64,000 bases of DNA. It comes from Phallusia mammillata (lineage: Eukaryota). Location of the stretch: the NCBI GenBank assembly GCA_965637545.1, contig OZ281499.1, positions 1,240,001 through 1,304,000 on the forward strand, written 5' to 3'. The notes under the pieces are model-generated. The model had not been told where the DNA came from. It did no database searches and saw nothing but the letters and a program-made list of their open reading frames with translations. A program made the position numbers and the translations under genes. Position 1 is the stretch's first letter. Each line of letters begins with the position of its first letter. Positions 11,985 through 22,749 of this stretch are shown piece after piece.

Positions 11985-12847
11985 GGTAAACGCTGCAAGC
12001 ATTGTGTTATTCCAAAACAGGTGTTCTGGTTTCCAGAAAGTGCTTCATACAATGGCATCATGATTCGCGCTGCACCAGGAAGAAATCAGTGATAAAAATT
12101 TATCATGCCAGCAAATTCTTGTAGGCCTTTAATAGTGGTGGGTTTGGGAAAACTTTGAATTGTCTTGACTTTGTCAGGTAATGGTCTTGCATCTAATCTA
12201 TCCACAAAGTGTCCTAAATAATTCGATTCCATCTGTCCGAACTTACACTTGGCTAGTAATGACAAGGTGGTGCTGGACAGGGACTTGGCCGACGGTCCGG
12301 CGCGCCTGACCCGCACACAGACATAAAAAACCTGATCGAGATTCGTTCCCGGGTGCGTCCTGGTTCGAAACTCCTAAAAAATGAAAAGTTCGTGGTGAGC
12401 CAGTTGTTTGAAAAGCTGATGAAGATGTTTGCGATGTTCTTCAGATTATTTACTTGCAACGAATATGACATCAAGATAAACGAAGACGAATTTCAAAGGT
12501 TTACACACTGTATCCATGATTATTTGAAACGCTTACCCTGCATTTTTACGTCCAAACGGCATGCGAAACTCAAAAATCCCGAACGGCGTTACGACGACGG
12601 TTTTGGAATGATTGAGGTCGATTTTAGACAAAATCTTAGCCCCTGCCAGTCGTGCTGTAAAATCCTGGATATGTGGGATCGAGTAACGGTCTGGTTGTGT
12701 TGCTGCATTAAGGCGCCTGTAATCGCCACAGGGGCGCCATCCACCTGATGTTTTGGGAACCATATGAAGTGGAGACGACCATGGACTGGATGAACGGCGG
12801 ACTATTCCCAACTCCATCATTTTAGAAGTCGTCTTTCTGTTGGACAT
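11985..12847 (-). mobile_element. Decayed Ty3/gypsy reverse transcriptase fragment (frameshifts, stop, YLDD changed to YLDV), interrupted by a short retroposon
   Basis: Translations GIVRRSSSPWSSPLHMVPK..WRPCGDYRRLN..LSKIDL..MPFG..YLDV..KCKFG..YLGH..F.GMINFY are gypsy RT motifs spread over shifting frames. Confidence 0.92.
12267..12379 (+). mobile_element. Short SINE-like retroposon inserted into the gypsy RT; second copy at about 29300-29385
   Basis: Flanked by a near-perfect 9-bp duplication, AATGACAAG (12258-12266) / AATGAAAAG (12380-12388). Shares ACAGACATAA.AAACCTGATCG.GATTCGT.CCCGGG..GTCCTGG(G)TTCGAA plus an A-rich tail with the 29300 copy. Confidence 0.6.
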
Positions 12848-13874
12848 GACTTGATTGCATTTAGGCGAGTAGCCGCTTGGTCTCTCTTACGTATGGCCAT
12901 GCTAGGTAACGACTGAGAAATAAATATCAAGAGAATATTAAGCCGGTCTGAGATTTTGTCCCTTGTGGTTCATTCTTGTTTCAAAGTCGTATGGTGAAAA
13001 AACACTGGTTTTGTTTGGCCGAAACATTTTGATCAAATACCCAGTTTCGATGATGGTTTAGGTTCATATTTCCAAAATTCGACCGAAACCAAACTTTGTG
13101 TGGGTTTGAAATCAATGCTTCACAATTAACCTTTTAAAAATTCGTAAATTGCTGCTTTTTCCAAGAACAGTGTTTCCCAAAATTTTCATCTTTGCGCCTC
13201 ATCAACCAGTTAACTTTTAGTTTAGTACACAATACACATTACAGGCAAGAAAACACAAAATAGTCTTTAGGATTCATTCCTTAGTCAAATATTTAACTTT
13301 TAGGGCAGTTCGGTGCATCGATCACTATAGGACCATACCTCCAAATAAATATGCTGTTGCTGCCTGGCATAATGTATTAACAAATATGTAGCTCCAGGAG
13401 TTTTTATTGAATTTATAAAAACTACTGGAATAGCTACATTTTTGTTAATAACTTTAAATGTTATTGTAAAACGTACCTCTAAATGTGTTTTTTTGCGTGT
13501 TTTTTTTTTGCAAAATAGACGTTACAAGAGATTATAAGTACTTGCCTCCACGGGAACGTTGATTTAAGGTGAATTTATTTTGCTTCGTCTAATTTTCAAT
13601 GCAAACCAAAAGCAGAAAATCAATCACCAAACAAGGGATAGCCGCGCAGCTATATAGGCTACAAGGCAACTGAGCGCAAGGATAAGTTGATTTAAAAAGA
13701 TTAAATTCGCTAAAGCTACAGCTACAGCTAAGTCATGCACATTTTATATCAACAATAGCACACTTTTCAACATGTGCTTTAGCATTTTAGCAATGTTTGC
13801 AACAAAAAGTGTTTATAAACAGTTCAGGAAGTATAAACAACATCAATTTTGAAACACATTCTTCAACTGTTCGT

Positions 13875-16800
13875 TCAGTTATCACATTTGATATAATACA
13901 ACATGCCCTGTTCGTTGCAAGGCGTTGGATAACCTTGGCCATTTTGAATGAGATTGGCCAACGCGCGTTTTTTTGAAGTATTGCTTCCTAGCCAGTTTTT
14001 ACACGTGTGTGTTTCTCGTGTGTTGATATCTGTACAAGTTCCTTGATAAACCCATTTGGTATGAAAACCTCTCCACTTTATCCTGCCTTTGCTGATGCAC
14101 TCGATTTCGTGCGACCCGTAATAAATCTGAAAACACAAAAAAACGACGTTTAACCATACGGTAGTGAACAAAACAATGTAGAATTGGCTTGGTATACATG
14201 TTAATGTTTTGCTTCAAATTTTTCTGATTGTCTTTGTTGAACCTTTAAGTTCACGAACCTTTTCTGGGAAATCAGTGTAAGTGACGAGTTTGTTCCAGTC
14301 AATGGTTCGACATTCCGGTCCTGCAGTGCAAGGTGGACATTCACAAACCGGAAGTGCATCCGACCACTGCTTTGATGCCAGACACGTCACTTTGGCAGGT
14401 CCCTAAGAAAAAGTTTATTAAACCAACTGATATGCAAATGCTTGTGAAAATTTTGCGACGGTCCAAAAACTAAACTATGATGGGCAAACTAAGTTTGTTC
14501 CCACAAAGTTCTACAAAACCTGAACTCTTGCCAAGTCATGAAGCTATTGGTCAAGTCTTTACGTTTTGCTGCACAAATTTGTAAGCCCAAACTTTAAACA
14601 AATATGTGCAATGAAGTAAAGCACACAATTATCAATTAGTATTGTAAACTAAAAATAAACCTAAACGGAATTAAATGATGATCAACTTTTGGCAGCGACC
14701 CAGTGGTTGAGAAGTGTTTTGAATGAAACAACGACACAACAAGCCCACAGCTACAAGACACTTCGAATGTCGGTAAAGGTTAAACTCACGCTTTTATATG
14801 GGCATGCGACAAGGTCGTCACAAGGCGGGGCAATATACTTAATGCGTCACAAGGTGGCGCAACATACATTACAAGAAGCACTTTGCTAGAGTGGGTGAAA
14901 ATGTTTCACGGTTGCCATACAGAAAATGAATAGGTTGTAGTGCAGAATAGAAGTTTTAGATTCACATATCCGACGCACACTGTGTCTCGGCAATATGTGG
15001 AAGTTTCACTTTTACCTGAATAATATGTCCTTTGTTACAAGAAAAAGTGCAAACAGACCCGACAACATTTTTATTTGTGCAGTAATCTTCTCTATTAGCA
15101 AATTGCTGTATGGAAGCACACTCTGCAAAACAAAATTGTTTGGATGAAATGAGTTAAATATAAACATCACGGCTTTTATATAATAAACGGTTACCACTAG
15201 GGATGGCCCGATAGTACTGTATCGGCGCCGATACCCGATGCTTCGAGCAGTATCGGTACTCGTCCGATACTTTAGCGGTATCGGTACAAGTACCGATACT
15301 TTTTTTGAGACTTTATCATGTGTAAAATTGAAAATGAAAGGAGGCAAAAAACAACAACCATCGGCTGTGATAAAATATTTATGGGACTACAACTAAAAAA
15401 CGCGTTCGTTTTGGATTTAATGAAATATGATGACCTAAATCGCTACAGCGACTTAATGACGTAACACGTTTTTTAGGCCCGCGTTAATTGCGAGCGAGCG
15501 TCACAACGCACAAAGTTCATTGTAGACGTTTGTAAGCATAAGTTTCGAAACGGCAGGTGTTTAATTTGTATGGCCAAGTGTATTTAGACATTCCTAGTGT
15601 TATCAGTGACAAATTATTATATGCCGTTAGGTGAACTTTTAAATCCCAATTAAACTACCTGCGATTTTGCAATACAAAAGTTGGCGTTAAGAAATGACCC
15701 AAACGTCATATGTTTTTGGATTCCTTCACTGGGGATATTAACAGACAATCCCATTCTCTGCCTAAAGCCATGATCGTTAAATGTTTTTGTTGTCAAAGTC
15801 GTAAAACATTAACGCCGGTAAGACGTTACAAACAATAGACGCCGGTAAGACGTTGCAAAGCGCGTAGCATAAACGTAATCACGTGATCAGATGCGTAACA
15901 ACTAGTGCACCAATCGTTAGTTATGCCTCCAATGCACCACCGTCGTTAGGGCATCGTTAGCTCGCCAGCTGATTTGCCAAAGAGTCTTTACCAGACCTGG
16001 GCATTTTACGGCCTTAAGTGATTTATTAGACTGAGTGTGTTGTTAAATTAACTGTGATGGGAAAACACATTACAAATACATCAGTTTGAAAATGTTTTTG
16101 CTTGTTTGCAAAGTATCGGGTATCGGTATCGGATCGCAGTACTTTTGGGGTAAAATATCGGGTATCGGTATCGGTTCAAAATATTGGTATCGGGCCAACC
16201 CTAGTTACCACCGGTTTCAGTTTGTTTCTTGGTGGTCGAAATTACTGTGGGAGTAACAGTGGCGACCACTGAATTTGTTGTCTCAACGGTGTTAGTGATA
16301 GAAGTATATTCTGCAAAACAAATTGTTTGAAGAAATAAGTTTAGGTAAATATCGAACCACACAAATGGCTCTAACGCTTACCACCAGTTTCAGTTGGTTT
16401 TCTGAGGGCCGAAACTATTGCAAGAAGTATACCAGTAAAGACAAGCACTCCCAATACCACTGCCACAACGCCCACAAAAGTACGGCGCTTTTTGTCAGCT
16501 GGGTCTGAAACGTATTATACTGTTAAGACGACACAACCCGAAATATTTCATTAAAAATGAAAAAAAGACAGAAATATGTTGCTATTTTCTCTTTCTGTTT
16601 GGTCATTTATTAAGGAATGTTACCGAGAAAATGCAACTCATATCTGAGTCAGATATGTAACGTATAAAGTTATATCAACATTATTCACCAAGAAGTGCTT
16701 TGTTGCCGTCTTCACTATTGTTGCCATCTGACGCGTCCTTCAATTGTGACTCGTTGGAATTTGGAACTACTGTTGTTTCGGGCAACAATGCGGCCGAATC

Positions 16801-17540
16801 ACTCGAGCCTGTGAAAAAATCGATTAAATTAAGCAGAAATGTTTTTCGACCTCGTTTGCAATTTATCGCTATCTGATACCTGTTGGCCATTTGTACCTTT
16901 GCCCCATTATCATCTTGCTTACTATCTATTTACATGCGGTGTAAAGAATATGTTCACTCAGAGCATAATAAGTGAACTTTAAAGTCAATATTAAAACACC
17001 GTCCCTATTTCTAAACCAAGCCAGTACCTCAGAAAGCAAAAGACTTATAGTCTGACGTCAATCTCTAAAATACATATTGGTAAAATGTTTACTTAAGTAT
17101 TGAGGATTACCATACGATGTGTTATTAACGTCTCCCGCAGCTGACGAGTGACCAGACGTAGAATCATTCACTTGTGATATGGATTCCATTTGTATCCATT
17201 CATTTTGGTCTGTCGCAAAAATTATTTAACACAAATTGAAATTAACTTTGCTGTTTTTGAATATGCGGGCCGGGTCGGGTTCTGACCTAAGTTTGATTTA
17301 AACAGACCTAATTGTTCGGGCTTGCCCCAAACTCTGCCATATTTATCACGTAATTTTGCTCATAGTTACGAGCCTATTTGGGCTTATACTCTTGGATTTG
17401 AGCTTCAATTTCAAGCCCAACTAACCACTGGTTTAATTTACTTCAAACAGTAAAACAAATATAGATTTCTTACAAAAATATTACAGTCGCAATTGCTTAC
17501 ATGATGTACTTGAAGCATTAGGACCATCATAATTAGTCAT
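13875..17540 (-). CDS. Array copy 2: type II membrane protein with an extra Thr-rich stalk exon, 328 aa, intact
   Basis: Exons (minus) 17540-17501, 17209-17111, 16808-16689, 16504-16382 (TM: RRTFVGVVAVVLGVLVFTGILLAIVSAL), 16310-16209 (stalk), 15122-15016, 14402-14259, 14126-13875; in frame, 987 nt. Loop CISKGRIKWRGFHTKWVYQGTC. Inclusion of the 17209-17111 exon is inferred from its splice sites and homology. Confidence 0.85.
15198..16203. mobile_element. Non-autonomous hAT element (1006 bp) with TAGGG termini and TATCGG subterminal repeats
   Basis: TIRs TAGGGATGGCCCGATA / TATCGGGCCAACCCTA; perfect TSD GTTACCAC at 15190-15197 and 16204-16211; clustered GTATCGG repeats at both ends. Confidence 0.93.
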
Positions 17541-18026
17541 TAGAGCCAACTTGACCTACTGTTGATTCACACCTCAATGAAACTGATTTCTTGCATTTGC
17601 CCACACGGATATAACCCAGTGAAAATACGGGAAGTAAAAATAGCGCCGAACAAAAGATCGGTGTTATTCCAACTCATAATAATTGACAAAAGTAAACACC
17701 AGAAAGGGAATTTTGGTTTTCTTTGAATAGTTTCTCTCAGTCCTTAGTGGTGCAATATGACGCACAATATTGTATTTAAATAAGAAACTGAAGCAGCCAA
17801 AACCCTTCATGGAATATATTTTCTGTGCAAATATTTGGCATCTATTTTCTACTAATATTTGCCTGTTAAGGCTCGAAACAGTTAACAATTAAAAAATAAC
17901 ATTTGCTGTTGATACAAACCCTCGAAAGTGAGAAACTTAACAGCAACCGTGCTGTCTGTTGCAGGGTGTGATATTGTTTAGTATAATCACTCTTATTAGG
18001 AAACTGCTAATTTCATGCAGATATTT

Positions 18027-18100
18027 CTACAGTTTGGTGCATTACGGACTGACGCTGAACATCATCATCATTATCATCATCATCATCACCATTGTCATTA
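18027..18100 (+). pseudogene. Relic of an SLC22 exon (acceptor plus SLVHYGLTLN) running into an (ATC)n microsatellite
   Basis: TTTCTACAG|TTTGGTGCATTACGGACTGACGCTGAAC matches the acceptor and start of SLC22 exon 3883 (SLVYYGLTLN, 9/10 aa). A more decayed copy lies at about 11870-11900. Confidence 0.65.
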
Positions 18101-18599
18101 TCGTATTAATTTGTCTACAGTCGCATCTACAATTTGACGTGCAAATAGAATAGATTGGGCGAGCAAATGTCGGATGACGTTGAAAAAGATCATAAATACT
18201 TGACTACATGAGAACGTTAATTCGATTTGAATGGATTATAATTAGTCAAATTATTGATGCAAATCAATTAGAGTAACGTCTATAACTACACGCCCGCTTA
18301 GTTCATGTCTAGCCCATCTACAACCCTTACTTAGTCCTCTTCTTAGATCCGCTTAGGACTGAATGTCGCTTCAGTGGCTGCGCAGCTATATTTTTAAATA
18401 TACAAGGCAACTAAGCGTAAAGAACAAAGGGAGGAAATAATTAAACGCACTTAAAGCGACATCGTATAAATGTCACATCAGTAGATTTTTACCAGCGATT
18501 GGGCAAAGTTTGTTTACGATTGTTTAGGGAAAACAAAATCAAAGTGGGATTCACAATCTTCAACTCTTTGTTCAGTTTCCACAACTCTTTGCCAACGCG

Positions 18600-19700
18600 T
18601 GTTTTTTGGAGGTGCTGCTCAATGACAAAAAAGAAAGAAAAAGCTGCGCAACTATATACGACGCAACCAAGTGTGTGGACGCGCGTGGTTTCCGCAATGA
18701 ATAACAAAGCCTTGGACTGACTCTTACAATGGAAATGTTCTCCTGCGTCAGCTGAGCTTTTTTAGCTATGTTATTCTTTACTCAAAAGCTTTGTGTTAAT
18801 TTTACTGCTTCTCGTGGTTCGTTTCGGTCGTCTGCAGTAGCGAGTAAAGTCCATTGTCACGATTCTTAACGCTTGATTGCTGCATAGAGCCGACATGATC
18901 CAAAAAAGAACAGTGCATTTATAGTATTTTATTCTGGTTACGCAACGCATAAAATCTCCTATATCTCAAGGAATAGAAAAAAAAACAAGATCAACGATAA
19001 AACCTTGACTTTTAAACTGATGCACTTGCGGTCGTTGGAAAAGATTGCTTTCCGTTTACTCACATCAATTATTAGTTTTTTTTAAGTTTAAAGCTGGCAA
19101 ACTACCAAGCACAAAATATCTGCCCCAGTGTATGCATCAGGAAACCGGGAACACGTAACGTTGTGGGAACACGGACACTGAATATGGACTTCCAATAGAT
19201 ACTGAATCATGAGAACACATGGAATAGTAAAGTTACACCGCTTAATATCATATGTCGCAAAAACAACATACAATTTTCATGGGAACGAAAAGTTATGCTT
19301 GCAAAGTTAAAACTTTTATTTAGTATAGGTTCAGCCACACCAATGTGCCAAAATGAAGGTTTTACCGCTACGAGCGTAAGAGCAGTGGGTGAAAACAGGA
19401 GTAAACGCGCTGAAGTTACATCGTATAAATTGGTAAATCTTTGTACAACTGGTTTAGCATATTAGCATAGCTTGTAACAAAGAGTGTTTATGAATAGTTT
19501 TAAGGAAATATCAACAAAATCAAAGTAAACATTTAGACCGTTTCATAACAAACAGGTACACAGCAACAATATTTTCTTTAAATCAACAAGAATATATATT
19601 TAGTCTTATAAACAAGCATCATCAGTTTTTGGAAAAGCAAACATTTCTGAAAAAGCAAACAAAATAAATTGCTAAAATTTTCTTTTTACATTCTATTTTC
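18600..19700. repeat. Segmental duplication of 7250-8290 (3' flank shared by array copies 1 and 3; partly also at 13500-13860)
   Basis: Long near-identical blocks, e.g. GTAAAGTCCATTGTCACGATTCTTAACGCTTGATTGCTGCATAGAGCCGACATGATCCAAAAAAGAAC at about 7546 and 18843. Confidence 0.9.
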
Positions 19701-19761
19701 TGCGGGAGATTCCTTACATGACTAAATTGTTTCAGCAAAATGAAAACAGTAAACTCTTTGT

Positions 19762-21550
19762 TCAGTTTTCGCATTTGATATAATACAACAAGCCTTGTTC
19801 GTTGCAAGCTGTTGGGTAACCTTGGCCATTTTTGATGAGATTGGCCAACGCGTGTTTTTTGGAAGAACTGCTTGATGGTAAATATTTACACGTGTGTGTG
19901 TCTCGTGTGTTGATGTCAGTGCAAGTTCCATGGTAAACCCATTTGAAACCACGTACCCTTCCTTTGCTGGTGCAATCTATTTCGTGTGCTCCGTAATAAA
20001 TCTAAAAAATGAAAAACAATGTGTACGTTTGGTTTTGTTAGTGTTTATTTTGTCATGGAATGTAGGACCTGAAAATTATGATACCACTGTATTAAGGTGG
20101 CCTAATAAGTAATAAAACCAACATTTCTGAGTTGTTGTGGTTGATTTCGTTTAAATAATTTCCCCTACCGTTTCAGACCTATCAGTGTAAGTGACAAGTT
20201 TGTTCCAGTCAATGGTTCGACATTCCGGTCCCGCAGTGAAAGGTGGACATTCACAAACCGGAAGTACATCCAACCACTGCTTCGATGCAAGACACGTCAC
20301 TTTGACAGGTCCCTATGGAGTCAAACAAGTTTGTGAGACATTTGAAGTGACCAGAGCTGCGATTCTCAACCTTTTACGATCAAACCTGACGCATGCAAAT
20401 TCTGATGAGCCTCCAACGTGGAAGTTTAGTTTCAGTTGCACCTGCGCAAGATTTCCTTTGATGCAGGAAAAAGTGCAATTAGACCCGACGACATTTTTAT
20501 TTCTGCAATAAACTTCTCTGTCTGGCATCTCTTGTATGGAAGCACATTCTACAAATTATGAAAATAGTTTTGGGTACATATCAAAGCATTTTAGATGATA
20601 AACACTTACCACGGTTTCAGTTTGTTTTCTGGTAGTCAAAATGACTGTTGGAGTAACGATAACGACCACTACGATTAAGCCAAGAATAATGAAGAGCTTT
20701 TTGTGAGCTGGCTTGCATGTCCCGGGAACGTATAAAGTTCAATATTATATCAGACATATAACGATTTAAATTCCTTTGACAACCAAACACCACATTTTGC
20801 AAATGCATATGGACATCCGAATCTTTTTTGTTCAATATCATAACACACACATGATGCTTTAAACTCCTTTGATAACACCACATTTAACAACGCGTATATT
20901 GTCAATCCTAACCAGGGTAAGTGTTATTGACGTCTCCCGCTGCGTTGTAAACTGACGAGTTTTCAAACCTTGATTCACTGAAGCTTACTTGTACTCCACT
21001 TTTGGAAAAAATCATTCAATTAGATGATACAAATCAGTGTTCTAGCTGTTTTTACGATATTGTTCATCAATGACAATTGGATAAAGTGGCAATGCAAATA
21101 TAATTTTGACTTGATTTGACTTGACAAATAAAGCGAAAACACTTATGAGAACATGATATGCCATTATCCTGACGAAGGCGTTTCACATGGGGAATCGAAA
21201 CGTCGGTTGTTTATAACAAACAAAAATCTCCCGAAAGAGCAATGTTATACTTTACAAACAGCTTCTTTATTTAAAAACAACTTAAAACCAAGGATTTCAA
21301 CTTAGAGTTAGAATAAAACTGTCTTGATTCCTCAAGCTTGACTTCGTAATCGGGCATATTTGTGATGTAATTTCGCTCAGTTTCAAACCTGATTCGGCCT
21401 TATACTCTTTCGTGTTCGAGCTCCAATTTAAGTCCCCGCTAACAACTGGTTCAATCGACTTCGATGAGTAAATAAGAAATTAATTTGTCACAGAATTACT
21501 GCAGTTCCACTTCCTTACTTGTATATAGAAGCAATATGATCTTCTGTCAT
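19762..21550 (-). pseudogene. Array copy 3: all exons open except the TM exon (acceptor AG changed to CG, plus a 1-nt deletion); pseudogene or TM-skipped isoform
   Basis: Exons (minus) 21550-21519, 20998-20913, [20722-20610 broken TM exon, 113 nt vs 114 nt in copy 4], 20548-20442, 20312-20169, 20001-19762. Shortened loop CTSKGRVRGFKWVYHGTC; one Cys changed to Phe in CPPFTAGPEC. Confidence 0.8.
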
Positions 21551-22749
21551 GTTAATCGACTTGGACTAACTCACGCTTGCATAAGCTGATTTCTTGCAAT
21601 GGTTTACACAACAATATACCTGTAAAAACGAGGGAAGTGAAAATGGTGACAATATAAAAACTTGGACAAAGGGCAAATGTAATTTCAACTTGCAATAAAT
21701 GACAAGAGTAAATATCAGATTTAAATATCAGCGGTTTAGTTGAAAAGTTCCCCCTTGTTTAGTGACGTAACTTAACGCACAACGTTAACTTTGTGTTGGC
21801 TGAAACTTTTTATGTCACTAGAGGCGGCATTGAGGTCAAATATTAAAGAGGGCATTGCCTTAACCCACATAAACTTTTTATTTGTCCTAAATACAAACAT
21901 GTTGTGAAAGCTAATCCAATATTGAGTAAGAAAATTTGGAACAGTAATTAAGTTCACGGAATAAGGTTTCGTCCGTCTTGTGGTTCCGTTTTTTGATGGC
22001 TTCAATTCCCACGAGGGACTTGAGTTTCGGGTGAAAACCCTTATGATGTCATAATAGAGCACGACACGCTTCACGCATTCTTTGTCCACGTATTTTCGCG
22101 ATCGCGCACCTTTGGCTCCCCTTTTACTTTGCTCTTTTTTTAGATCTTTCTTTTTTGATCCTTTTCATCAACGTATTACCGTTTCTGCCCTTAAGGTTTC
22201 GTGAAACAGCGTAACCATCTAATGAACTCATAGGATTTGTTTAGTTGTAAGCATAGGTTTAAGGTTTTGCTTTTTTGCTTTAAGTGTATTCGCTTTGTAG
22301 GGTTTGTATCAATTGCAAATCTGTTTTTAAATTGTTAACTTTGTCGAGCTTTAACTAGCCAATACATGTAGACATGAATGTTTCAAAATTTAGTGCATTG
22401 GAAAATCGAAAAGAAATTGTATTCTTGTAATCTAAACCAAAGAAGGAAAGCGTAAACGAAATTTTAAGAACTTCTAACACAGCAGATGTATATCTCAGCT
22501 TGTTGTTGAACCATTGCGTTGCACCACCGCTCAGTAACTTGAGACGAAATCCTTTTGTGCGAAACCTGCTGACGGACATGATTCAACAAAATTTACCTTT
22601 CGAGTGTGCTCGGTGTGTTACGGACAACACCTACCCGTTTTACAAGCGTTTTTTTGCTTAAAACGGATCATATTTTTCAGCTTTTCTGCTTTGCTTTAGC
22701 TGACAGTTTAGTGCAGGTGTGGAATAAATGTTAGTTTAGGTTGATAATC

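Noticed and set aside
12353-12748. 131-aa plus-strand ORF
   Set aside because: It is the antisense of the decayed gypsy RT and has no recognisable motifs.
13875-14126. dsRNA-binding-domain resemblance (SKKRALANL is like the dsRBD C-terminal SKKxAxxxAA helix)
   Set aside because: The domain is extracellular by topology and Cys-rich, and the motif is not conserved in the other copies. At most this is a generic alpha-beta-beta-beta-alpha fold similarity.
21772-22579. ORFs 21772-22089 and 22355-22579 between copies 3 and 4
   Set aside because: No recognisable domain, no consistent splice partners; probably spurious or a decayed repeat.
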